Source: Trichodesmium erythraeum IMS101
GTDB lineage: Bacteria > Cyanobacteriota > Cyanobacteriia > Cyanobacteriales > Microcoleaceae
NCBI RefSeq assembly: GCF_000014265.1
Contig: NC_008312.1
Coordinates: 810,001-842,000, forward strand
Direction of reading: 5' to 3'
DNA length: 32,000 nucleotides
Below the pieces are notes generated by a model, which was not told the DNA's origin, searched no databases, and saw nothing but the letters and a program-made list of their open reading frames with translations. Below, in pieces: positions 8,920 to 17,206 of this stretch (positions within the stretch are counted from its first letter, which is position 1; every line of letters starts with the position of its first letter). The position numbers and the translations under genes were made by a program.

Positions 8920-10263
8920 ATGATGACAAAAGTAGCAATTATAGGTTCTGGACCTTGCGGTTTATCAATTTTACGATCTTTTCAGCAAGCTGAAGAAAAA
9001 GGACAAATAATCCCTGAATTAGTTTGTTTTGAAAAACAATCTAATTGGGGTGGTTTGTGGAATTATAGTTGGAGAACAGGATCTGACCAATATGGTGATC
9101 CAGTTCATAATAGTATGTATCGATATCTCTGGTCAAATGGACCAAAAGAATGTCTAGAATTTGCTGATTACTCTTTTGATGAACATTTTCAACAACCTAT
9201 CCCTTCTTTCCCTCCTCGTGAAGTTTTGTATGACTATATTTTAGGTCGTGCAAAAAAAAGTAATCTTAAAAAATATATTAAATTTAATACAGTAGTAAAT
9301 AATGTTGTTTTTAATGATGATCAATTTGTAATTACTTCTTTAAATAAAAAAGAAAATTCAATTTCTCAGGAAAATTTTGATTATTTAGTTGTTGCTACTG
9401 GACATTTTTCAGTTCCTTATGTTCCTGAATATGAAGGAATGAATTCTTTTCCAGGAAGAATTTTGCATAGCCATGATTTTAGAGATGCAGAAGAATTTAG
9501 AAATAAGGATGTAGTTGTTTTAGGCAGCAGTTATTCTGCAGAAGATATAGCTCTTCAATGCTATAAGTACGGCGCCAAATCAGTAACTATTGGCTATAGA
9601 AATAACCCCATAGGTTTTGAGTGGCCAGAAGGAATGAAAGAAGTTCACTATTTAGATAAACTTGAAGGCAATAAAGCAACTTTTAAGGATGGTCACACTC
9701 AAAATGTAGATGCTCTTATTTTATGTAGTGGTTATCTTCATCATTTTCCTTTTTTAGAAGAAAGTTTAAAATTAAAAACACATAATAGACTATATCCTCC
9801 TAAACTCTATAAAGGAGTTGTTTGGCAAGATAATCACAAACTATTTTATCTTGGTATGCAGGATCAATTTTATACTTTTAACATGTTTGATTGTCAAGCC
9901 TGGTATGCAAGAGATGTAATAATGGGAAAGACTCAAGTTCCAGATGATGCAGAAATTGAAAAAGATATCAATAATTGGGTAGTAAAAGAGGAAGCTTTAG
10001 AGGACTCCATTCAAATGATTGACTTTCAAACTGAGTATACAAAAGATCTTCAGGTTGCTTCTGATTATCCCAAAATAGATTTTGAATTAATTAGAACACA
10101 TCTTAAGGAATGGAAACATCATAAGGAAGAAAATATTATGACTTATAGAGATAAATCATTTTCTTCTCCAGTAACAGGAACGGTTGCGCCACTTCATCAT
10201 ACACCTTGGGTTGAAGCGATGGATGATTCAATGACAACCTTTATGAAAGCTAAATCTTCTTAA
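8920..10263 (+). CDS. tmm: flavin-containing monooxygenase, bacterial trimethylamine monooxygenase (Tmm)-like
   Basis: 447-aa ORF with FAD GxGxxG (IGSGPCG), the FMO signature FxGxxxHxxxF (FPGRILHSHDF) and the NADPH site GSSYSAED. It also has long blocks I recall from bacterial Tmm (ELVCFEKQSNWGGLWNY, MYRYLWSNGPKECLEFADY, FNMFDCQAWYARDVIMG, EWKHHKEENIMTYRD). Confidence 0.75.
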   Translation: MMTKVAIIGSGPCGLSILRSFQQAEEKGQIIPELVCFEKQSNWGGLWNYSWRTGSDQYGDPVHNSMYRYLWSNGPKECLEFADYSFDEHFQQPIPSFPPREVLYDYILGRAKKSNLKKYIKFNTVVNNVVFNDDQFVITSLNKKENSISQENFDYLVVATGHFSVPYVPEYEGMNSFPGRILHSHDFRDAEEFRNKDVVVLGSSYSAEDIALQCYKYGAKSVTIGYRNNPIGFEWPEGMKEVHYLDKLEGNKATFKDGHTQNVDALILCSGYLHHFPFLEESLKLKTHNRLYPPKLYKGVVWQDNHKLFYLGMQDQFYTFNMFDCQAWYARDVIMGKTQVPDDAEIEKDINNWVVKEEALEDSIQMIDFQTEYTKDLQVASDYPKIDFELIRTHLKEWKHHKEENIMTYRDKSFSSPVTGTVAPLHHTPWVEAMDDSMTTFMKAKSS

Positions 10264-10619
10264 TTTTATACTATTAAAAGAAAAAAAGATGCAATAGAAT
10301 ATTGACTTAATTGATAATAAATATTTCAAATACTAATAATGGGGTACAACTAGACAAAAAAGCGCGAAACTATTGGCAAGAAGCTAAAGTTAAGGAAAAG
10401 AAGGACTTTGCCATTTTTTGGAGATGTCTAATGTTGAATGTAATTTGGTATTATTTATAATAATAACAAATTATCGATTTTATGCTGCTAGGGTTTAAAA
10501 CAGAATTGCACTAAATAAGCAGGAAAAAAGTTTTAGGATGCCCTGCAGTCGACGGTTATGGTTAAAGCAAGAATAAAGAACAAAGAAGTGATCATTAATT
10601 TAGATAATCTTATGTTTTC

Positions 10620-12119
10620 TTGATTTTTTGTGATAGATTTTTGGGAACAGATATATTGAGTTTAATAATTGCGGGTGAGCGTAGTGGAGTTGGCAAAACA
10701 ACTATTACCTTGGCGTTACTAGCTTATTTAAAACGGCAAAATCTTAAGGTGCAATCATTTAAGGTGGGACCTGATTACATTGACCCGATGTTTCATCAAT
10801 ATGTGACGGGTAAACCGTGTCGGAATTTAGACCCGGTGCTGACTTCTGAAGCTTATGTACAACAATGTTTTGAGCGTAATATTCAGGATGTTGATTATGC
10901 TTTGGTGGAGGGAGTGATGGGTTTGTTTGATGGGGTGAGATCTTTGGCTCCCCCTTTACTACCATTAGAAAGTGAAACGGAAGATGATAGTGATGGGTCT
11001 TTCCCTGATTTTGCTTCTACTGCTCATATTTCCCGGTTGCTGAATTTGCCTGTTTTGTTAGTGCTAGACTGCAGTCGGTTGTCTACTTCTGTGGCAGCGA
11101 TCGCTCATGGTTTTGTTTCTTTTGATCCTACTATTAATTTTGCTGGTCTGATACTTAACCGGGTAGGAAGCGATCGCCACTTACAACTACTACAAAATTC
11201 TTTAAGGCATATAAGTTTACCTGTACTTGGGGTTTTTAGACGGCATCAAAATATTAGTATTCCTGAGAGACATTTAGGTTTAATTCCCACTGATGAAATG
11301 CCGGAGTTAGATATTTTAATTAATGGCTTGGCTAATTTGGCAAAAACTTGTTTTAATTGGCTAAAATTACTGGATTTTTTAAAGGTTAAAAATGAAATGT
11401 CTCAGCAGTTTTTATCTACTCAGGTTGGCTCTGAGCAGAAAATACATTTACCGAGGTTAGTTGTGAATAGTGCTGAGAAAAAAAAGTCAGAAATTTTAAT
11501 AGGGGTAGCTCGTGATCAAGCATTTAATTTTTATTATCAAGACAACTTAGATATTTTAGAAGAGTTAGGAGCAAAAATAGTATTTTGGAGTCCTTTAAAA
11601 GATAACAATTTACCAGTAGGAATACAAGGTTTATATTTTGGTGGTGGGTTTCCAGAAGTTTTTGCTCAACAGTTAAGTGAAAATTTTCTGATGAGAAAAG
11701 CGGTTCAGGAAGCAATTATTTCCGGAATCCCTACTTATGCAGAATGTGGTGGGTTAATGTATTTATCTGAAGCAATTATTGATTTTAATAGTAACTCTTG
11801 GGAGATGGTAGGAATTTTGCCGACTAAGGCAGTAATGGGTAAAAGTTTAAAGTTAGGATATCGGCAAGCAATTACTAATATTGATACTCCTCTTTTAAAA
11901 GCAAATACACTAGTTTATGGTCATGAGTTTCATCGCTCAGAATTATATGAAGCACCCCTAATGCCACTATATAAAATGTGGCGAGTTTCTGAGAAAAAAA
12001 ATCAGAGTCAAGCAACTTTTGAAGGCTGGAATTTTTATCAAGTTCATGCTTCTTATCTTCATCTTCATTGGGGAAATAAATTAGATATTCCGAGGCAGTT
12101 TCTCAGGCATTTTGAATAA
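10620..12119 (+). CDS. cobB: cobyrinate a,c-diamide synthase (CobB/CbiA)
   Basis: The ATPase part has the P-loop GERSGVGKTT and KVGPDYIDPMFH. The C-terminal glutamine amidotransferase part has the nucleophile in YAECGGLMYL and the block HEFH. No in-frame ATG is available near the 5' end. Candidate TTG starts are at 10620, 10641 and 10656, and 10656 would give MSLIIAGERSG. Confidence 0.85.
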   Translation: MIFCDRFLGTDILSLIIAGERSGVGKTTITLALLAYLKRQNLKVQSFKVGPDYIDPMFHQYVTGKPCRNLDPVLTSEAYVQQCFERNIQDVDYALVEGVMGLFDGVRSLAPPLLPLESETEDDSDGSFPDFASTAHISRLLNLPVLLVLDCSRLSTSVAAIAHGFVSFDPTINFAGLILNRVGSDRHLQLLQNSLRHISLPVLGVFRRHQNISIPERHLGLIPTDEMPELDILINGLANLAKTCFNWLKLLDFLKVKNEMSQQFLSTQVGSEQKIHLPRLVVNSAEKKKSEILIGVARDQAFNFYYQDNLDILEELGAKIVFWSPLKDNNLPVGIQGLYFGGGFPEVFAQQLSENFLMRKAVQEAIISGIPTYAECGGLMYLSEAIIDFNSNSWEMVGILPTKAVMGKSLKLGYRQAITNIDTPLLKANTLVYGHEFHRSELYEAPLMPLYKMWRVSEKKNQSQATFEGWNFYQVHASYLHLHWGNKLDIPRQFLRHFE

Positions 12120-13261
12120 GGCAGAAAAAAAGATTAAAGTATATTTTTCTGTAAATTAAGGGACAGTTTTCTATGGCTAATATCTGATATTTTATTCATG
12201 ATCTAGCTATTAGCTATTTAGTCGTATTTTTTGATACTTGGTGTCATACAAATTTTAAGAGATAATGTATTTTACTAGGTACATCTAGATAAAAAAAGTA
12301 TTAAATAATCTGCCCCAATTTATGTAATATGGCTATTTATATTATTTATTCTTTTTTTTTAATGTTTACTTTAATTTCGATGTTCCTTCTAGTCTAGAGA
12401 AATTGTATACAAAGTCCATAAAATTTTTAACAAACATTTATTAGTATTTTGACATTTTTTAAGGACGAAAATACTGATCATTGCTCTTTCAGGATAAGGC
12501 AAATATGAAGCTATTGCTAAAAATTTATCCAAACTAGATAGGTTATTTCAGTTATCAGTTGTCGGTTATCAGGAAATAGTGTTTTTAAATGTAAAATAAT
12601 TATTATATAAAAGTTTAATATTATTTTAACATATTTTTTCTAAAGTACTGTTATTAAATTGGTTTAAGTAAAAAGAGACTAGAGGTAAAATATCAGATAT
12701 ATTTATATAAAAGTTCCTACACTGTTGAGGTACAAAATTTATTTGTTTTAGTAGGAAAGCTGTATGGAATGTCCTTTAAAGATTAGTAAGAAAGGAAAAC
12801 AGGGTATAGAAAAGAATAAAAAAAACTGTTCCTCAGTAATTTGAGAAACACTATATTAATTTCTAAAAGTAATGTTAAGCAGACAAACAAAATAAATTAC
12901 ACATTCTTAGAAGCTGAACTTCCTATCTTGTGTAAACATCGCCTTTTGCAAATAATTTTGTGTAGGTACTTAGTATTAAAGGTATGAACAAGTATGCTTT
13001 TTTTATACAAATTTTTGGTAAAATAAAAGTAGTTCAGCGCTAAATTAAAAAATAAAATGATTATATTTGTAGAATTTATTGAAGAATTGAATGAGTAAAC
13101 TACAGAAGCTAGTATTAAATTTTTCTTAATTTTTTTATTAATTAAAGTTTTCTACTTGCCTAAATGAATATATTATATTTTGCGGCTGTAGCGGCAATTT
13201 AATGTAAAAAAAAACTGTAGAGTAAATTAGATAAAAATTGAAACAATAAAAGGGATAAAAA

Positions 13262-13753
13262 ATGAGTAAATTGATAGTAGTTAAACAACTGGTTGCCCAG
13301 AAAATTACATCACATAATTTTAAACCTTTTGGGCAAGTAATTTGGGCTTCAAAAGATGGTAAACAATATGACGAAGATGATGCTCAATTAAATTTAGAGA
13401 ATGGTACTACACGATTCTATATTATGAGGTTGGAGAAAAAAGGTCGAAACTTTACGGAAATTACTCGTCATGTGAAATGTAGTCAATGTTTAGGTTCTTT
13501 AGAAGGAAAGGAATGGTTTATAGCAGTTTCTCCACCTTGTGCAGAGAAAGAACCATTATTAGAAAATATAGCTGCTTTTAAAATTCCAGGGAATTGTTTT
13601 ATTAAATTAGAGGTAGGAACTTGGCATGCAGGACCTTATTTTGATCAAGATTTTGTGGATTTTTACAATCTGGAATTAAGTAATACAAATGTTGTGGATC
13701 ATTTTACTCACGACTTTGCTAAAAGTCATAATTTAGAATTCAAAATTGTTTAA
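13262..13753 (+). CDS. ureidoglycolate lyase/hydrolase-family (AllA-like cupin) protein
   Basis: 163-aa ORF. The blocks FKPFGQVI, TRHVKCSQCL and GTWHAGPYF are positioned like the FxxxG, ERHPxxxQ and WH motifs of AllA-type ureidoglycolate lyases. This is from memory only. Confidence 0.5.
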   Translation: MSKLIVVKQLVAQKITSHNFKPFGQVIWASKDGKQYDEDDAQLNLENGTTRFYIMRLEKKGRNFTEITRHVKCSQCLGSLEGKEWFIAVSPPCAEKEPLLENIAAFKIPGNCFIKLEVGTWHAGPYFDQDFVDFYNLELSNTNVVDHFTHDFAKSHNLEFKIV

Positions 13754-14433
13754 TTTACTTGACTAAAAAAAAGATATAAATAATATTAGTTGTAGTAATT
13801 TGTTTCAGTTTTAGGAGGTTGATTAACAAAACTGCTTTTGGATAAAAAAGCACTATACAAGCTTTTCAATTAGTGTAATTATCAGATTTTTGCTCCTATG
13901 AGCTCAAATCTTTTTCTCAAATTATTCTATTGCTGTGATTGGTATAAAATATCTGATTTTTGTAACATTAGTATGGAGTTTTTAACTGTATCTTACTAGA
14001 ATTAGATGCCTTACGTTTATGTCTACTATATTTGGCAAAGTGTATAAATTCTTCTATGAGACGTTATTTTCTATATGAATTTTTGGCATTCTTAAAAGTA
14101 TTGTTGGAAGTTCTTATAGCTAATTCTAAGTTAACTTTTTTAGGACATTTTGAGGAAATTAGTTAATGAAACAGGAAATAAAAATAATTCAAATAAAATA
14201 TATTTAGGTCTGGTTGTCTAAGGCTTTTTCAGGAATAGATGAGTAAGCCCCTAAACTTGACTGTAGATGGTTTGAAATGTTCTATGAAAGTCTATAGAGA
14301 GTATTTGGGAGGAACAGGGAATTTATAGAGAAAATAGTCGAATATATTTGTCTCTTACTGCCCTCTGTTATAGTCAGCCCAAAGCTATATTTAACTCAAG
14401 TTTTTTAGATTAATTTTGAATAGGAGAAAAAAA

Positions 14434-15072
14434 ATGGTTCTTTATCTTGACTCAGCAATAGTAACAGAAGCAAGAGTGGCAAGTAAATTTGGTTGGATAT
14501 CTGGGGTGACAACTAACCCGACTTTGCTGGCAAAAAGTGATTTGTCTCCAGAAGCAACTTTAAAGGAACTTTCAGAAATTATTTCTGGAGAATTATATTA
14601 TCAACTTACTGCTACTAGCTTTGATGAGATGATAGCGGAAGGGAAGGCTGCATCAAAATTAATTGGCCATAAAATAGTTCTGAAAATTCCGGCAACTGCT
14701 ACTGGTTTTCAAGCGACATCTCATTTGTCTAAAAATATTGACTGTTCGGTGACCGGAATATATCATCCTGCTCAAGCATTAGTGGCTGCTGAAACAGGCG
14801 CTAAATATGCGATCGCTTATGTTAACCGGGCAACTAGGCTTTTGGGAGATGGTTTAAAACTGGTGAGAGAGATGGCAAAAGTACTTGAAGGTAGCTCTAC
14901 AGAAATTTTAGCAGCAAGTGTGAAGTCTCCTGATGAAGCTACTGAAACTTTATTGGCCGGTGCTCACCATCTAACGTTACCATTTTCTGTGTTGCAGACA
15001 ATAACTACCCATGAGTTATCAGAGCAAACTTTTAAGGAGTTTAATGAAAAAGGAAGAGGAATTATGTATTAA
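14434..15072 (+). CDS. transaldolase-family protein (small TalC / fructose-6-phosphate aldolase type)
   Basis: The N-terminus LYLDSA...GVTTNPTLL and the Schiff-base lysine context VLKIPAT are typical of the ~220-aa transaldolase/FSA subfamily. I prefer the ATG at 14434, preceded by AGGAG at 14422-14426, over the TTG at 14416 in the ORF track. Confidence 0.8.
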   Translation: MVLYLDSAIVTEARVASKFGWISGVTTNPTLLAKSDLSPEATLKELSEIISGELYYQLTATSFDEMIAEGKAASKLIGHKIVLKIPATATGFQATSHLSKNIDCSVTGIYHPAQALVAAETGAKYAIAYVNRATRLLGDGLKLVREMAKVLEGSSTEILAASVKSPDEATETLLAGAHHLTLPFSVLQTITTHELSEQTFKEFNEKGRGIMY

Positions 15073-15610
15073 TTGAAAATGATAAAATATCTATAGGAGA
15101 AAGCTGATATTGAGGAGAAATATATTTTTTTTAAGTTCATAAAAGGCTTGCTCCTAGATTTAAAATTTATCATTCATACCTATAGTTTTTTTTAAAAGGT
15201 CATTTGAAAAATATTTAATATGAATATTAGCATTTATTTTATAATGATTTTCATTCTAAATTAAGAAAAATAAAATAATAGAAAACAGGTGATTATAGTT
15301 TCATAAATTAAAATATAAATGTTATAAATTATAGGTGCTTTTTATTGCTAAATATGGGCAAGTTACAAGGGGTGACTGTTAATTTAATAGCTATATAATT
15401 GTTAGTATTCAATGCTCCTCTTTTGTCAATTTTTCTGTTGCTTTACCTACTGCTCTATGAGACTAATTCCTAAGTTTTTTATTACTCATTCATTATCCAG
15501 AAATAATATTATTTTAAGAGCTGAAATAAGAATCCTGAATTTGGGTTAAACTTTAATTATAAACTATGTAATCAGGAAAATATTTATGGTTAAATATGTA
15601 TTTGAAGCTA

Positions 15611-15657
15611 GGAGAAATTACTAGGATAAACTATCCTTACAAAAATTAAATTTCTCC
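15611..15657 (+). promoter_or_regulatory. nested stem-loop in the leader of the DUF4089 ORF
   Basis: The outer 9-bp stem pairs GGAGAAATT (15611-15619) with AATTTCTCC (15649-15657). It encloses an inner stem pairing AGGATA (15623-15628) with TATCCT (15632-15637). The structure lies 33-48 nt upstream of the candidate start codons. Confidence 0.25.
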
Positions 15658-15689
15658 CCTTAAGATAAAAAATGTTAGCTAAAAACTAA

Positions 15690-15887
15690 ATGAGGAAAAT
15701 TAATATGAAAAATGTTGAAAAATATGTAGAATTAACTGCGGAATTAATCAATTTACCATTACAGTCAGAACATTTTCCAGGGGTAGTAGCAAATATGGAA
15801 AGAATTGCAGCGATCGCTCAATTAGTAATAGACTTTCCCCTACCACCAGAAATAGAACCTGCACCCAAGTTTGACTTAGAAGAATAG
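15690..15887 (+). CDS. AtzG-like / DUF4089 small protein
   Basis: The 60-65-aa ORF has PGVVANMERIAAIAQLVIDFPLPPEIEPAPKF, which matches my recollection of the DUF4089 consensus (GV.ANL.RLAA.A..V.EFPLPDE.EPAPVF). The ATG at 15705, preceded by GAGGA 8 nt upstream, is the more likely start. Confidence 0.6.
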   Translation: MRKINMKNVEKYVELTAELINLPLQSEHFPGVVANMERIAAIAQLVIDFPLPPEIEPAPKFDLEE

Positions 15888-16030
15888 GAAATAGGGGAAG
15901 GGATAATTTATTTTATTTCATAAAAATGAAGGAATAGGAAATATGGAGCAGGGAAAGAAATTATATACTTATGAGTTGTTTTTCACCATAACTATATTTG
16001 ATGTCATACCAATTTCATAAAATATTGAGC

Positions 16031-16601
16031 GGTGCGTCAGCAAAATTTTGTAGTACATCAAGAAAGTGTGGGAATGGTGATATAATCGTTGTCTTTAAAT
16101 ACTTTCTATTATCATGGAATGTCCTCTATATCAGGAATTGACAGAAGGGGATTTTTGGGTTGGCAAGCCCCTACGCTTCATCCAGTAGATTAATTCTGAG
16201 TGCTAGAGTAACTAAACATACTGACCAGTTCATTGAGGAATTGCTCGTTAACACAGAAGGGAAAACTAGCTGTAAAAAATGGCTAACTGATTATTGGGGA
16301 GGGTCTGAACGAGTCTTGATCCCAGAAATAGAACACATTATTGGTAAAAAGTATACACAGCAATTGGAAGGCACAAATAGAATTATCAGACAGTAGCTCG
16401 GTCGATGGCATCGCCGATAGAATAAATTTGGCAAGCTCTGGCAACAAACTGAGGTAAAAGTAAGGTTGGCGAGGGCCTAATTTAATTGGATTTTGGTTCA
16501 TAGTTGCAAAGAAAATACTGCTGCGTAAAGAGCTGAGGAACGCGATCGCTATTTGGAGTTAGAACGGCTTAATTACTTATCCCATACTTTACTGACGCAC
16601 T
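16031..16601 (+). mobile_element. internally deleted IS1-family insertion-sequence relic with terminal inverted repeats
   Basis: The left end is GGTGCGTCAGCAAA (16031-). The reverse complement of the right end (16588-16601) is AGTGCGTCAGTAAA, so the two are imperfect inverted repeats. Internally there is a decayed N-terminal MECPL... start at 16114 and a C-terminal transposase fragment (next feature). At ~570 bp it is too short for an intact IS1. Confidence 0.55.
16160..16396 (+). pseudogene. IS1-family transposase, C-terminal fragment
   Basis: The translation ...WLTDYWGGSERVLIPEIEHIIGKKYTQQLEGTNRIIRQ* matches the IS1 InsB C-terminal pattern (TDxWxxY ... H..GK..TQ.IE..N..LR). Residual similarity continues past the stop codon (LGRWHRR). 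The N-terminal DDE part is absent. Confidence 0.55.
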
Positions 16602-16612
16602 ACCAGATATTC

Positions 16613-17206
16613 TTAGGCGGATAATTTGATAAAGAACCAAAAATACCTTACTAAAGATACACCAGAAGGTAAGCGAGCATGGTCAAATTTGGTAAACAGC
16701 CTTTTAGCGGACATAATTGATGATCTATCCAGGTCTGCACCTGTTAAATTAGCGTTATAGAGTAAAGTATTACTTAGATTTGTATTTCTTAAATCTGCCC
16801 AGGATAGTTGGGCATCTTTTAAGTTGGCTCGGCTGAGGTTAGCCCCTTTCAGATTAGCTGAGTCCAAGTTAGCTCCTAACATTTTTGTTTTATGTAATTG
16901 TGTGTTCATTAATGAAGCTTCACTCAGATTCACTTTGTTGAGATTTACTCCGGTGAAGTTGATCCCATCTAATTTGGCTTTGAATAAATTGGGCTTAATT
17001 AATCGAGTTCTGCGAAAGTCTTTTCTGCCCTCTTCGAGAGCTAAGTGAAGCTGTTCATTGTTCAGGGTTTCTATGCCAAGTAGGTTATAGAAACCTGTGG
17101 CTAAATTCTCAATGAAATTTTGTTTTTCTTGCTTACTTGGAACCATTTTTGTGCTATCATGATCAAGTTTATATTTGAAATTTACTGGTAATTTTTGGGT
17201 AGACAT
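16613..17206 (-). CDS. pentapeptide-repeat protein
   Basis: 197-aa ORF with about 20 consecutive A(D/N)LxX pentapeptides (GINFTGVNLNKVNLSEASLMNTQL...GANLDSANLKGANLSRANLKDAQLSWADLRNTNLSNTLLYNANLTGADL). Its ATG overlaps the upstream stop codon (TAATG at 17204-17208). Confidence 0.9.
   Translation of the reverse strand: MSTQKLPVNFKYKLDHDSTKMVPSKQEKQNFIENLATGFYNLLGIETLNNEQLHLALEEGRKDFRRTRLIKPNLFKAKLDGINFTGVNLNKVNLSEASLMNTQLHKTKMLGANLDSANLKGANLSRANLKDAQLSWADLRNTNLSNTLLYNANLTGADLDRSSIMSAKRLFTKFDHARLPSGVSLVRYFWFFIKLSA

Noticed and set aside
10264-10619. Looked for a cobalamin riboswitch upstream of cobB.
   Set aside because: I could not find a B12-box-like element or the conserved GC-rich core in this AT-rich leader. 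A covariance-model scan would be needed to exclude one completely.
12764-12850. A short ORF starting ATGGAATGTCCT (MECPLKISKKGKQG...), sharing its first 12 nt with the N-terminal remnant of the IS1 relic at 16114.
   Set aside because: It could be another IS1 InsA-type zinc-finger remnant. But the match is only 12-14 nt, the cysteine pairs are not preserved and no inverted repeats are visible nearby, so the evidence is too weak for a feature call.
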